Source: Haplodiscus bocki
Taxonomy: Eukaryota
Direction: 5' to 3'
DNA length: 64,000 nucleotides
Assembly (NCBI GenBank): GCA_965655095.1
Contig: OZ296651.1
Span: 92,504,001 to 92,568,000, forward strand
Of the stretch, positions 34,560-47,700 are shown piece by piece. Position 1 is the first letter of the stretch. The number at the start of each line of letters is the position of its first letter. A program made the translations under genes and the position numbers. Below the pieces are notes generated by a model, which was not told the origin of the DNA, made no database searches, and saw only the letters and a list, made by a program, of their open reading frames with translations.

Positions 34560-37500
34560 ACCAAACTTCACAAACGAGCTCAATTAAAGGAAGGTAAGGA
34601 TACTCCACTAGAGACTGTTCAACCTTTCACAATTCGCATTTAACACAACTTCTTCGATTTCGCCTGCACTCACTCATGTGCGAAGCAATCAAGACAAATT
34701 TCAACTACACCCTCGATACAACAGATTTCAAAGCGTGTCATATTCTTCCTTCTAAATCAGTAAAAGTTCACACTATAATTGATTTAATCCACTTCAAGGA
34801 CATATATGAAATCTTTAGTCACCGAAAACAGCTTGGCGGAATTAAAACAGATGGCCGCGCACTATTCATCAGCTCACGCTTGTCCAAACGTGACCTGGAA
34901 TTGAAGAAATTTCATGAATTGTGTCTCGTGACAAGGACTAAAAAGTGGCGCTAAAGTGTTCCTTCTAAATCTGGGAAGCGTTGCTTATACCAAAGAGAAG
35001 AATTTTGTCAAAACAAAAGAGGAACTAGCTGCATAAGCAATTAAGAAGCGTCCGAAAGTCAGCCTTTTACGAAACAATGAACCTGAACCCTGCTAGGATG
35101 AGTCTCCGGTATCTAAGAAGACGAGTAACCGAACTACACCTACTCACGAGTGTGCACAAGATGGAGTGATGAGATGAGACCACAGCAGTAGCTTAGAAGG
35201 TAAATGTGTGAACTTAATCTCAATTTAAACGTAAGATTTAGAAGATTCCTCCAGATCTCACTCATATGTTTCAAGACAACCAATAAGGATAAACCTCAAT
35301 GGTGAAAAGCAGCTTGTTGCGATGCCGTCATGACGAATAAAAAGCTGAATTCGGAAGCTTCCGAAACACACCATGGAATTAAGTGAAGCGTGGTGGAGCA
35401 AACTGATCATGTCTTACTCGACAAAATCGTGAATTAATTGCACATTGAACCAAACCAGGGTCAAATGGACAACAGCTTGGTGGTGTTGTTTCTTCCAGTG
35501 AGGAAGGAACAAAATGAATCCCATTGAATACGAAACCAACCTTGAATGTGCAATTGTACCGGTGAATTTCAAGAGCAATCACAAACACTTTGTGCTTAGT
35601 TTACAAACCACTAAGCAAAAAATGAAGATTTTTCGGAAGAGATAGGAAAACTTTCCATTTTCTACGGAAGTTAACACAATTATTGTGATTTTAACATTGT
35701 TACTTTCAAAATTCAAAGCACACAGAAAAACATGAAAACTGCTTTTAACTTTCCACTTCGGTCTATGATGTCAAAAATTCGATCCCACTAAAATGACGCT
35801 CTCTACTGCTACATGTCTTGAATCTATTTATAACAAGATGGCCGGCAACCACCGGCATATTCTGGGCCTTCCCATTTTTGTAACGAACGCTTTTGAAAAG
35901 ATTAAACCTTTTTTTGCCTAAAAACCTCATAATTAGGGCGGAAAGACATTTTTAAGAAATAATACCATTTGATACGCATTCTACAGCAAATATGCCACCC
36001 TTAGCGATTTTGAAGAAATTCAAGTATTTTTTTCGAAAAACCCATCCATTTTTTTGGAATGTTTTGAGAAATCTTACTACGCATTCTACGGCAAATTTGC
36101 TACAATTTGGTGAAAAAAATCACGTTCAAAAGCGTGAACGAACATCGGTAACGTGAACGCTATTGGCAAATATCGGGTAAAAAACGACCATTTGAGAGGA
36201 AGATTTTGCTTTCATTTTGTCAACAATATGGAGCAAAATAATAACTAGTCATGTTAACACGGAAGTCATTAAAACGACCATGAGTGATCAATTAAAAATG
36301 TTGAGCCAATTACGGCAAATAGATCAGGAACAGCTACCTGAAAACGATGAGACTATATGGAATAAGAATCTTCGCGGAATTAAAACAGCAAAAACTTTAA
36401 ATTTTCAATTTGTGATGGACAAAAGGTTACGGAAACTTGCGCCGATGATCTAATTAATCCACAAAAAATTCAGAAATCACCAAGTAATGTATCGATAGAT
36501 TTGCGCTGCTCCAGTAGCATTTTGCGAATAAGGACTCCAACGAAAGTATAACTTCAAAAACATTAAAGCTGAAAGAAACTTCAACGATCAAAGCAGCAAA
36601 GCCTGAGTGTAACGACGTGAAATTGCGCAACAGCTCAAACCCAAGAAAATTTATCGCAAAATGAATACAGATCTTTCTATAGATGTTCCCAGTTTGCAAA
36701 GCCCACTTCGAGAAAATCCAAATAATCATCAAGGGCGTTTGTATCAAACAAACGCAACCCGGTCAAGAAGTATAAGGAGGCGATGGTCTTGAACTATACT
36801 ACACTGACGAAAACAAAATTTCCAAAATCATCCAAAAAGTTTAAAATATGCACCAGTCACGATAGCATCAGTAACGAAATTCCACTTTTCTCCCAGTATA
36901 AAAATTATTTAGCGGATAATGTCAATAACTCAAAAAAAGAACACGATTCCAAGAATGCTTGGAAATATGGAAAATTACATCCCTCACAAAGGTAACCAGA
37001 ACGACTCATCAAACTCTAGGCCCATCAGTCTACTAATTTCGATCAATAAAGTCTTCAAAAAGCTACTCTACAAGCGAATGTTGAAACTCTTCAACGAAAG
37101 TCAACTCTTCACGTCAATGCAGTTCGATTTTCGTCCAAAACATTTCTGTACAAACGCAATTAGTGTTGTCATTTTTTAGTGGTAAGGTATGTCAACGGAC
37201 CAAGATTACATCCATAATTCACAAGAAGCTTTTGATTCCCTCGATCACAAAGTTCCCCCAATCTGCTTAGTTATGCTTTTAAAGGTCCCCTTCATGAAGT
37301 CTTCTCGCTAATAAAGGTCGACCGATAATCTGCTAGAGGGCTACAAACTGGTGCAGCTCTTTTTATCCTAGGCTTTGTTCTTTTTCTTTTGTACTTTAAA
37401 GACTTTCCTGAAATCTTCCCGGATAATTGAAGAATTGCATTGTTTTCGGAAGAACACACCCCTATTTAAAGCTAGGAAGAAAACTTCGTTAAACATTCAG

Positions 37501-37900
37501 ATGGACTTTAACGGGTTGTTAGATGAGATTGCCGAGAGCAAAGTAGCAAAGAATCTCCAAAAACCTGAGATAATTTCCTTTGTTAACCGTGTGCCAACCG
37601 ACGTATACATTTTGCCCAACAGACGTATACATTTTGAATTGCAAAACCCATTGTAGATACTGCGTATTATATTTAGATACTCGACTAACATTTCAGGAAT
37701 ATATCAAGTAACTCAAAGATACAGTTTTTGCAGTCTGGTCTTTCGCTTGAGGGATCTGTATCCAATTAGATATTTTTGTAGCATCTTAATGTTTATGCCA
37801 AATCTGTTACCTCCTATGGACTCTTGTATTCTTGTATGTGAGCTCCTATGTATGCGAGCGCAGAGAAAACTAATTTGGATCAAAGAGATAAACAAGACGC
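34560..37900 (+). mobile_element. Decayed non-LTR retrotransposon (CR1/L2-like), interrupted by a family B element
   Basis: ORF1-like FKACHILP...ALFISSRLSKRDLEL, endonuclease-like remnants (LSEAW, GGV), and RT pre-domain RPISLLISINKVFKKLLYKRM...QFDFRPKH. Many stops. Confidence 0.75.
35832..36245 (+). mobile_element. Family B element nested in the LINE
   Basis: acaagatggccggcaaccaccggcatatt start. Ends in a hairpin plus aataataa. Confidence 0.6.
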
Positions 37901-40583
37901 CCAACAAACTGCGGTATATTTTGCGCCTCACAAATAACGGGACGAACGTTGTAAGTCGGACGGGGCAAACGTTGTGAAAAAATTGTAATTCAAAACAAAA
38001 AAAAATATTCAAAGTTTGCCTTAAAATTCGAAAATGATAGTTCTAAATTTTTGTAAACAAAAGCTCCAAATTCGTGCGAGAAAAATAACTTTCTGAAATG
38101 CGAATCAGCTGATAAAAGGTTATGGTGGGTGATAGATATGCACAAGAAAGAAGTGAACAAATTCTCATTGTCACAAGTGATGGAATTATGAATTGGCAAA
38201 ACGTGTCTGAAAAATAAAAACGACACTAGCCATTGAATAATTTTCTTTTCTATATAAAATATGGAGGCGGAAAATAAAAAAGGAGAAAACTTGAAACTGT
38301 TTTTTTCTTTCAAAACAAAATCATACGGTTGACAAGAAATCTTTGCCCTGTTCAAACAAACATTCTTTGCAGCGCGTCGAAATCCTTATAATTTAGAAGA
38401 GTGAATGATGCAACTAGGAAAGGTTGAAATTGCTTTGGACGAAATGACATGTCGCCTCATCTACAACATGAAAATCGACTAGTGCTGTAATTCGAACTCA
38501 GTTGAGAACGGTCAAGCAGGGCGAGTTTTTAAAAAGAAATGAAACAGTTTCAGAAGAAAATTCAACAGCCATACTCCTTAACTTTGCACGTGCTTGAATA
38601 TTTTGCTAACACAATGATCCGAGTGCTTTCGCATTCTCAAAATCTACTCCAAATCTTTTTTTAAAAAAATCCGAAAACAGATCAAAGCTATCCAAATACA
38701 AACGCTAATTGGATGTCCAGCTGACCGATGCCGATTTTCCAGGTCGCTGGCGCCTTCTTTATTGCCTTTTCAATTAATCAAATTTTTATTTTCAGGTTTG
38801 TTTTACATTCATTTTTGAAACACCTTTTTTCGGACAAAAAAATGAACTAGATGCGCATAATTTTCATTGTAAACAACTTTGCTCCAACAGAATAATATCT
38901 AAAAGCAAGATTTGCCCATTAGTCAAAAGTCAATTAACGAACGCATGTTTCGTACTTATAGATAACGCACTGAAATTTTTTCCTCATACGAATTGGAAAA
39001 CTTCAAACCCAACAAAATCCGAAGTGAACAGAAGACTTGAAGGATTTTTCCAAAGGTAATCTTTAGCTTCATTTATGGCAGAAAAAGGCCAGACTTTTGA
39101 CCTTTTAACTGCTTTGTATTACAGTTCACCCCTCAACTGCCAACCTTGATTCCCTACCATTAGTTATGGAATTAAAAGTTGTTACATAGTGTTTATTCGC
39201 CACATGCAATCAACCACCTGCGCAAGCTCTTTTTTGTATTTTTTCATTGACCCCACCTGACTCAACCATTCCATTTGAGAAAAATTACATAGATTGGCGG
39301 AAAGTTTTGGGGGATAAAATACAATGAACTTGTGCTTGACCCATTTTTCAACAGTCAAAATAAAACCGGTGAAAAAAAAAGTCGTTTTCTGGTTGAATCA
39401 GCGCTTTTTGATAATTATACCCAACGATTATTCTTTTTCAGATTCATATTTTTGCGACCTTTCGATATTTTTTCCACTTCTAAAATTCTATCCCATTGCT
39501 TCCTACATTTTTCTTGATCAACCGCCCCACTTGATTATGAGCCACAAACGACGGTGGTTAATCAAGAGTATCATGTACTCTCAGGTAATCTGAAAACTGC
39601 CAGTGATTTTAATTTAGAACGAAATGCCTGTGATTTGTGAGGAAGACGACTTATTACAAAGTGCCACAGTCCTCGTAGAGGGTTGTGCAATACGTAGCGC
39701 TTAACATTTTGAATTAATAAAAATTTGGAATATCGATGAAGAACTATGATAAGACTTGAATGAATGAAATATGAACAAAAGCCAGTAGGAGGAGGCATCG
39801 CAAAAGAACAAATCCAGAATACAATAATTCACTCTACCAATCAAACACGGGAACTTCCTTCATCACCAGTCATCATTAAAAAAAGTGACTAATTTATCCA
39901 ATTAATTCACCAATTTATATTTAATTATTTTAATGCTGCATATATGCTTCAGAAGACAGGGCGAGTTGGGAGGGTGTTGGGTTGGATTTGGGAATTAAAA
40001 TTTCATGTTTGCAAAGTTAATCCAGAAATACATCAAACGAGAGGATAATGCGAGAGAAAGCAAAACATTACTTTCTCATTCACCCACCAAGTGCAAACTT
40101 GTAGGTAACATCAAAATTATATACAGCAATAACTTTTCATTATGTACACTGCGTGAAACAATTTTAAACCAAAACCAACAATAATTAATTTCTTGAAAGA
40201 TAAATTTTGCAGCGTCTCAAAATCTAGGGAATCCAAAAACGGCAGTTGATAATTTCTGCAGACTGAAATTGGAGAAAAACTGGCTGGATTGTTCAAAAGA
40301 ACCACCTTTTCTATTAAATACAGATGCATTTTATGCCGCAATCAAAAGTTTGTACTTTTACAAGTTGGATATGAAAAACAGAAAAATTCATGTTTTTTCC
40401 ATACTGAAAAACAACTCAAAGCACCGAAATTTGTTAGAGACGCCAATCCCATTTCTTCTAAGATGACAGCTGGCAAAATTTGGACACGCCGCCAAAACTA
40501 GATTGTCTAGGGCGTAGAGTAAATTTAATGTTGTAGATGTACAAATACTGATTTGTTTGTTGGTGATGATACCCCCATAGGTT

Positions 40584-41129
40584 TTACCTTCTGGACGCTA
40601 GTTCTGTGGACAACCATTCCATGCCTTCGTCCAATCCGAATCCTTTGGTGGCTGATGTCTTGAATATTTGCCATTTCCTGTTTTTCAAAGCTGCTAAACC
40701 AAGTTCATTTGCTACTTCCGTTACAGTCATTGCACCTTCGATGTCTTGCTTGTTGGCAAATACGACTAAACAAGCAGCCTTCAATTCTTCCTCTTCCAAC
40801 ATGGCGACCAGTTCTTGCTTTGAGACAGCTATCCTCTCTTTATCTTTGCTATCCACCACGTAAATAATCGCGTCTGTATTACTGTAATAACACCTCCAGT
40901 AAGGCCTGATGCTAGTTTGCCCACCAAGATCCCAAACCTGGAATTTGAGGTTTTTGAAAGTCACCGTTTCTACGTTGAAACCTATTGTAGGAATCGTGGT
41001 TACAACTTCGCCAACTTGCATGCGATAAAGTATTGTAGTCTTGCCTGCTCCGTCTAAGCCTAGAATCAATATGCGCATTTCTTTGGTTCCGAAAACTCGG
41101 GAAAAGATGCTGGAAAACAAGTTGCCCAT
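40584..41129 (-). CDS. ARL1: ADP-ribosylation factor-like protein 1 (Arf-family small GTPase), CDS intronless
   Basis: 181 aa with MG myristoylation start, [28 protein letters not shown] (Arl1-diagnostic), NKQD and TSATKG. Confidence 0.98.
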   Translation of the reverse strand: MGNLFSSIFSRVFGTKEMRILILGLDGAGKTTILYRMQVGEVVTTIPTIGFNVETVTFKNLKFQVWDLGGQTSIRPYWRCYYSNTDAIIYVVDSKDKERIAVSKQELVAMLEEEELKAACLVVFANKQDIEGAMTVTEVANELGLAALKNRKWQIFKTSATKGFGLDEGMEWLSTELASRR

Positions 41130-41439
41130 GACTCACGACAGCACGCTTTTTTGCTTGACCCAATGACGAGACAAAAGACTACCTTTATCCAAACTTTATC
41201 TGAAAAGGAAAAACGAACTGATTCATATAAACATGAATATATCATTGAATTTATTTTAAGATCAGATGCCCCAATGATGAGCACTCATGCTAAAAATTCA
41301 AGCATCTGCAACGTCTTTATCTACGATACATTTGTCTTTCTTCAATCTCAGGTATAATTTTTTTAGCTAGTTGCACACATGGGTTTACGAAGACTTGGAA
41401 GACAAAGAGAAAGAAAAATTTTCAAGAGCCCAAAAGATG

Positions 41440-41729
41440 TTTTTAGTCCGCGCTTTATTGCCAAAAAGCTAGCTATTACACCGAATCGTTTTTCTTTTTA
41501 CTGCCAAAAGGTGTAAAATGTTTCAGCAACATTTCATAACTAACTAAACACATTCTCTAGAGGGTCCCCGTGGTCTAGAGGCTATTTCAAAATAATCAGG
41601 CCACTGATATGGGTTCAAAACTAGGGAAAATTATTTTTTGAAACTCTCATTTTAGTGTCTTTTGTATGATACCCCCTTATAAATTTTGAGCCTTGAGGGA
41701 ACCGCCGACTTCAGAGTTCCCGGCTTGTT
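41440..41729 (-). mobile_element. Family A element; its AACAAG end is captured in each tandem unit
   Basis: Reverse complement aacaagccgggaactct.aagtcggcggttccctcaaggctcaaaat matches the family A start. Hairpin-like end near 41440. Confidence 0.5.
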
Positions 41730-44700
41730 GACCTACAATAGGACGTTCAAAATCAAATCAGCGGTATTCAAGCAGCTTACCCATAAAACATTTTCCAAAT
41801 TCGAAATTTTGTAATTATTTGCCGCCTGTTTTTGAATATGAAAGGAAAATCATCCACTCAACGCGTTACTTTTTTACATTTACTTGCAAATTGCATGTCC
41901 GACGGTTCTGAACTTGAAAAGTTTTTGTCACCAATTTATAGAAAAGTTGCCATACAATGCGACTAAAATAGTAGGGGTTCTCAAAGCATAAGATTTTAAA
42001 AAAAAATAGATCGGTTTTTCTGGAAAAAAACTTGCAGTTTGCAAAATCGGTGAAGGTGGAAAAATTGGTGTAGGTTGCGTATCAAATGATATTATTTTAT
42101 AAAAACGTCTTTTTCCACCTAAATTGGGGAATTTTTGCAAAAAAATCATCAAAAAATTTTAAATTTGAAGAATTAGAAAATTTGCTGAATAAAGCGTTTT
42201 TCAGTAAAAAAACGCTTTCATCCTTCTAAAATGCGTCTTTTCAAAAGTTGGAGTGCGGAAAATATGGCGGTGGTAGCCGGCCGTCTTAAACCATATAAAC
42301 AAAGGTATCTTTCGTTCATATGCAGGGTGTTAAATGTCTTCTCGTACATTTCAACGTGTATTTAAACTAGCAGGTCACATTGAACTGAAATAATTAAAAA
42401 TTCATGAGGCTTGATTTCCTCTATGTTTAAACGTTACCGTGATTTTCACACCTAAAAAATTCAAGATTACTATCGTCTGAACATAAATCGGATTCGTTGG
42501 TAGAAACTAATGTTCAAGAGAAGAGTTCAGTGCAGAACCACATAAATTCGCTACTATTGGCGATATTTTATAAACTCTCAAACTAAATGATCCAATTTTT
42601 ACCGGAAAAAGTGTAGTTTAGTTTCAAAAAAGAATGACATTTTTAGAGAAGCCGAGCTATATAAATACCTAACTCATAATGTGACGCTAGTTAAAAAAAA
42701 TTTATGAAGTATATGTTCTGATTCCGGCTGCGTGCAAATCTTTTGCCAATCAAATAAATTTCTGCTTATCCAAAAGTTATGTTAAGCTAGATCGACAGAG
42801 CAAGAAATTTCACGAAAACTGAAGATTCATTTTGAGATCATGTTTTTCATGTCAAAGATATGACTTTGAAAATCATTGATATGTAAGACTGATTTTAATT
42901 TATCTACCAAAGATTCAAAGGTTTTTCGTGAACGGATAATTACTACTCAAGTCAATATGAGAATGGGTCAAAGTAAGCTCATCTTGTAAGCCTCACAATA
43001 ATGTCGACCTAAGGGCACCATTAAGTTTTAGTAAATTTTGCAATAAGTACTTTGTTTGTCATACGAAAGAAGAAACTCAAGCCATCTGCAGACTTACTGT
43101 AGAACTCTCCCAGATTTTCTAATTAAATTACTTACAACACTGAGAAGAAAGTATCAACTCTGTCTGGAATAAACTCAAATATAAAGGTGAGAGAAAGTAA
43201 GCAGCAAAAAATAGAGTTTTAATAAATATTATACGACAAATTGATTGAAATGGAAGTTAATTAAGGAACAAATTAATTTACACCTTGTCGTATGCTACTA
43301 ATACCACAGTGAAGAGAAAATTTTTGTCATTATTCAACTAGAGATCTAAGTTTCATTTCAAATTTCAAGATAAATCGCAAAGAGAAAGAATAAGAATTAG
43401 ATCTGGCCCAAAATATTTCAGCTAAAATTACAGGACATTTGAATCGGCAACTGATAGACAATAATCTCAAAAAAACTTGCTATTAACACTTCCGTTGTAA
43501 AGACTGGGTGGAATTGAAGTCCGTGGGACAAAGGACAATGAATCTAAAAATGGATCATCGTTGTTCTTTCTTCTGAATCTGTTTTGTTGAACTCTCACCA
43601 ATTTGCTCGGCGTGAGCATATTATTACATAATTACGCAGATAGCTCCTTCAGCCAAAAAACAACCGTCATTATTTCGAGATATGCAGGGTTTTCCTTGTG
43701 GGATCACAGGATCAAGTCTTGGAAGGATCGGGTTGCTGTCCCAAGGTTGGTGATACCCCCTTATAAATTTTGAGCCTTGAGGGAACCGCCGACTTGAGAG
43801 TTCCCGGCTTGTTGACCTACAATAGGACGTTCAAAATCAAATCAGCGGTATTCAAGCAGCTTACCCATAAAGCATTTTCCAAATTCGAAATTTTGCAATT
43901 ATTTGCCGCCTGTTTTTGAATATGAAAGGAAAATCATCCACCTCAACGCGTTACTTTTTTACATTTACTTGCAAATTGCATGTCCGACGGTTCTGAACTT
44001 GAAATGTTTTTGTCACCAATTTATAGCAAAGTTGCCATACAATGCGACTAAAATAGTAGGGGTTCTCAAAACATAAGATTTTAAAAAAAATAGATCGGTT
44101 TTTCTGGAAAAAAACTTGCATTTTGCAAAATCGGTGAAGGTGGAAAAATTGGTGTAGGTTGCGTATCAAATGATATTATTTTATAAAAACGTCTTTTTCC
44201 ACCTAAATTGGGGAATTTTTGCAAAAAAATCATCAAAAAATTTTAAATTTGAAGAATTAGAAAATTTGCTGAATAAAGCGTTTTTCAGTAAAAAAAACGC
44301 TTTCATCCTTCTAAAATGCGTCTTTTCAAAAGTTGGAGTGCGGAAAAAATGGCGGTGGTAGCCGGCCGTCTTAAACCATATAAACAAAGGTATCTTTCGT
44401 TCATATGCAGGGTGTTAAATGTCTTCTCGTACATTTCAACGTGTATTTAAACTAGCAGGTCACATTGAACTGAAATAATTAAAAATTCATGAGGCTTGAT
44501 TTCCTCTATGTTTAAACGTTACCGTGATTTTCACACCTAAAAAATTCAAGATTACTATCGTCTGAACATAAATCGGATTCGTTGGTAGAAACTAATGTTC
44601 AAGAGAAGAGTTCAGTGCAGAACCACATAAATTCGCTACTATTGGCGATATTTTATAAACTCTCAAACTAAATGATCCAATTTTTACCGGAAAAAGAGTA

Positions 44701-47700
44701 ATTTAGTTTCAAAAAAGATTGACATTTTTAGAGAAGCCGAGCTATATAAATACCTAACTCATAATGTGACGCTAGTTAAAAAAAATTTATGAAGTATATG
44801 TTCTGATTCCGGCTGCGTGCAAATCTTTTGCCAACCAAATAAATTTCTGCTTATCCAAAAGTTATGTTAAGCTAGATCGATAGAGCAAGACATTTCACGA
44901 AAACTGAAGATTCATTTTGAGATCATGTTTTTCATGTCAAAGATATGACTTTGAAAATCATTGATATGTAAGACTGATTTTAATTTATCTACCAAACATT
45001 CAAAGGTTTTTCGTGAACGGATAATTACTACTCAAGTCAATATGAGAATGGGTCAAAGTAAGCTCATCTTGTATGCCTCACAATAATGTCGACCTAAGGG
45101 CACCATTAAGTTTTAGTAAATTTTGCAATAAGTACTTCGTTTGTCATACGAAAGAAGAAACTCAAGCCATCTGCAGACTTACTGTAGAACTCTCCCAGAT
45201 TTTCTAATTAAATTACTTAGAACACTGAGAAGAAAGTATCAACTCTGTCTGGACTAAACTCAAATATAAAGGTGAGAGAAAGTAAGCAGCAAAAAATAGA
45301 GTTTTAATAAATATTATACGACAAATTGATTGAAATGGAAGTTAATTAAGGAACAAATTAATTTACACCTTGTCGTATGCTACTAATACCACAGTGAAGA
45401 GAAAATTTTTGTCATTATTCAACTAGAGATCTAAGTTTCATTTCAAATTTCAAGATAAATCGCAAAGAGAAAGAATAAGAATTAGATCTGGCCCAAAATA
45501 TTTCAGCTAAAATTACAGGACATTTGAATCGGCAACTGATAGACAATATTCTCAAAAAAACTTGCTATTAACACTTCCGTTGTAAAGACTGGGTGGAATT
45601 GAAGTCCGTGGGACAAAGGACAATGAATCTAAAAATGGATCATCGTTGTTCTTTCTTCTGAATCTGTTTTGTTGAACTCTCACCAATTTGCTCGGCGTGA
45701 GCATATTATTACATAATTACGCAGATAGCTCCTTCAGCCAAAAAACAACCGTCATTATTTCGAGATATGCAGGGTTTTCCTTGTGGGATCACAGGATCAA
45801 GTCTTGGAAGGATCGGGTTGTTGTCCCAAGGTTGGTGATACCCCCTTATAAATTTTGAGCCTTGAGGGAACCGCCGACTTGAGAGTTCCCGGCTTGTTGA
45901 CCTACAATAGGACGTTCAAAATCAAATCAGCGGTATTCAAGCAGCTTACCCATAAAGCATTTTCCAAATTCGAAATTTTGCAATTATTTGCCGCCTGTTT
46001 TTGAATATGAAAGGAAAATCATCCACCTCAACGCGTTACTTTTTTACATTTACTTGCAAATTGCATGTCCGACGGTTCTGAACTTGAAATGTTTTTGTCA
46101 CCAATTTATAGCAAAGTTGCCATACAATGCGACTAAAATAGTAGGTGTTCTCAAAACATAAGATTTTAAAAAAAATAGATCGGTTTTTCTGGAAAAAAAC
46201 TTGCATTTTGCAAAATCGGTGAAGGTGGAAAAATTGGTGTAGGTTGCGCATCAAATGATATTATTTTATAAAAACGTCTTTTTCCACCTAAATTGGGGAA
46301 TTTTTGCAAAAAAATCATCAAAAAATTTTAAATTTGAAGAATTAGAAAATTTGCTGAATAAAGCGTTTTTCAGTAAAAAAAACGCTTTCATCCTTCTAAA
46401 ATGCGTCTTTTCAAAAGTTGGAGTGCGGAAAAAATGGCGGTGGTAGCCGGCCGTCTTATTTCATATAAACAAAGGTATCTTTCGTTCATATGCAGGGTGT
46501 TAAATGTCTTCTCGTACATTTCAACGTGTATTTAAACTAACAGGTCACATTGAACTGAAATAATTAAAAATTCATGAGGCTTGATTTCCTCTATGTTTAA
46601 ACGTTACCGTGATTTTCACACCTAAAAAATTCAAGATTACTATCGTCTGAACATATATCGGATTCGTTGGTAGAAACTAATGTTCAAGAGAAGAGTTCAG
46701 TGCAGAACCACATAAATTCGCTACTGTTGGCGATATTTTATAAACTCTCAAACTAAATGATCCAATTTTTACCGGAAAAAGTGTAGTTTAGTTTCAAAAA
46801 AGATTGACATTTTTAGAGAAGCCGAGCTATATAAATACCTAACTCATATTGTGACGCTAGTTAAAAAAAATTTATGAAGTATATGTTCTGATTCCGGCTG
46901 CGTGCAAATCTTTTGCCAACCAAATAAATTTCTGCTTATCCAAAAGTTATGTTAAGGTAGATCGATAGAGCAAGAAATTTCACGAAAACTGAAGATTCAT
47001 TTTGAGATCATGTTTTTCATGTCAAAGATATGACTTTGAAAATCATTGATATGTAAGACTGATTTTAATTTATCTACCAAAGATTCAAAGGTTTTTCGTG
47101 AACGGATAATTACTACTCAAGTCAATATGAGAATGGGTCAAAGTAAGCTCATCTTGTAAGCCTCACAATAATGTCGACCTAAGGGCACCATTAAGTTTTA
47201 GTAAATTTTGCAATAAGTACTTCGTTTGTCATACGAAAGAAGAAACTCAAGCCATCTGCAGACTCACTGTCGAACTCTCCCAGAGTTTCTAATTAAATTA
47301 CTTACAACACTGAGAAGAAAGTATCAACTCTGTCTGGAATAAACTCAAATATAAAGGTGAGAAAAAGTAAGCAGCAAAAAATAGAGTTTTAATAAATATT
47401 ATAAGACAAATTGATTGAAATGGAAGTTAATTAAGGTACAAATTAATTTACACCTTGTCCTATGCTACTAATACCACAGTGAAGAGAAAACTTTTGTCAT
47501 TATTCAACTAGAGATCTAAGTTTCATTTCAAATTTCAAGATAAATCGCAAAGAGAAAGAATAAGAATTAGATCTGGCCCAAAATATTTCAGCTAAAATTA
47601 CAGGACATTTGAATCGGCAACTGATAGACAATAATCTCAAAAAAACTTGCTATTAACACTTCCGTTGTAAAGACTGGGTGGAATTGAAGTCCGTGGGACA

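Noticed and set aside
40584-41129. ARL1 as a processed pseudogene
   Set aside because: The ORF is intact with all GTPase motifs, there is no poly(A) remnant or TSD, and a 5'-UTR acceptor is present.
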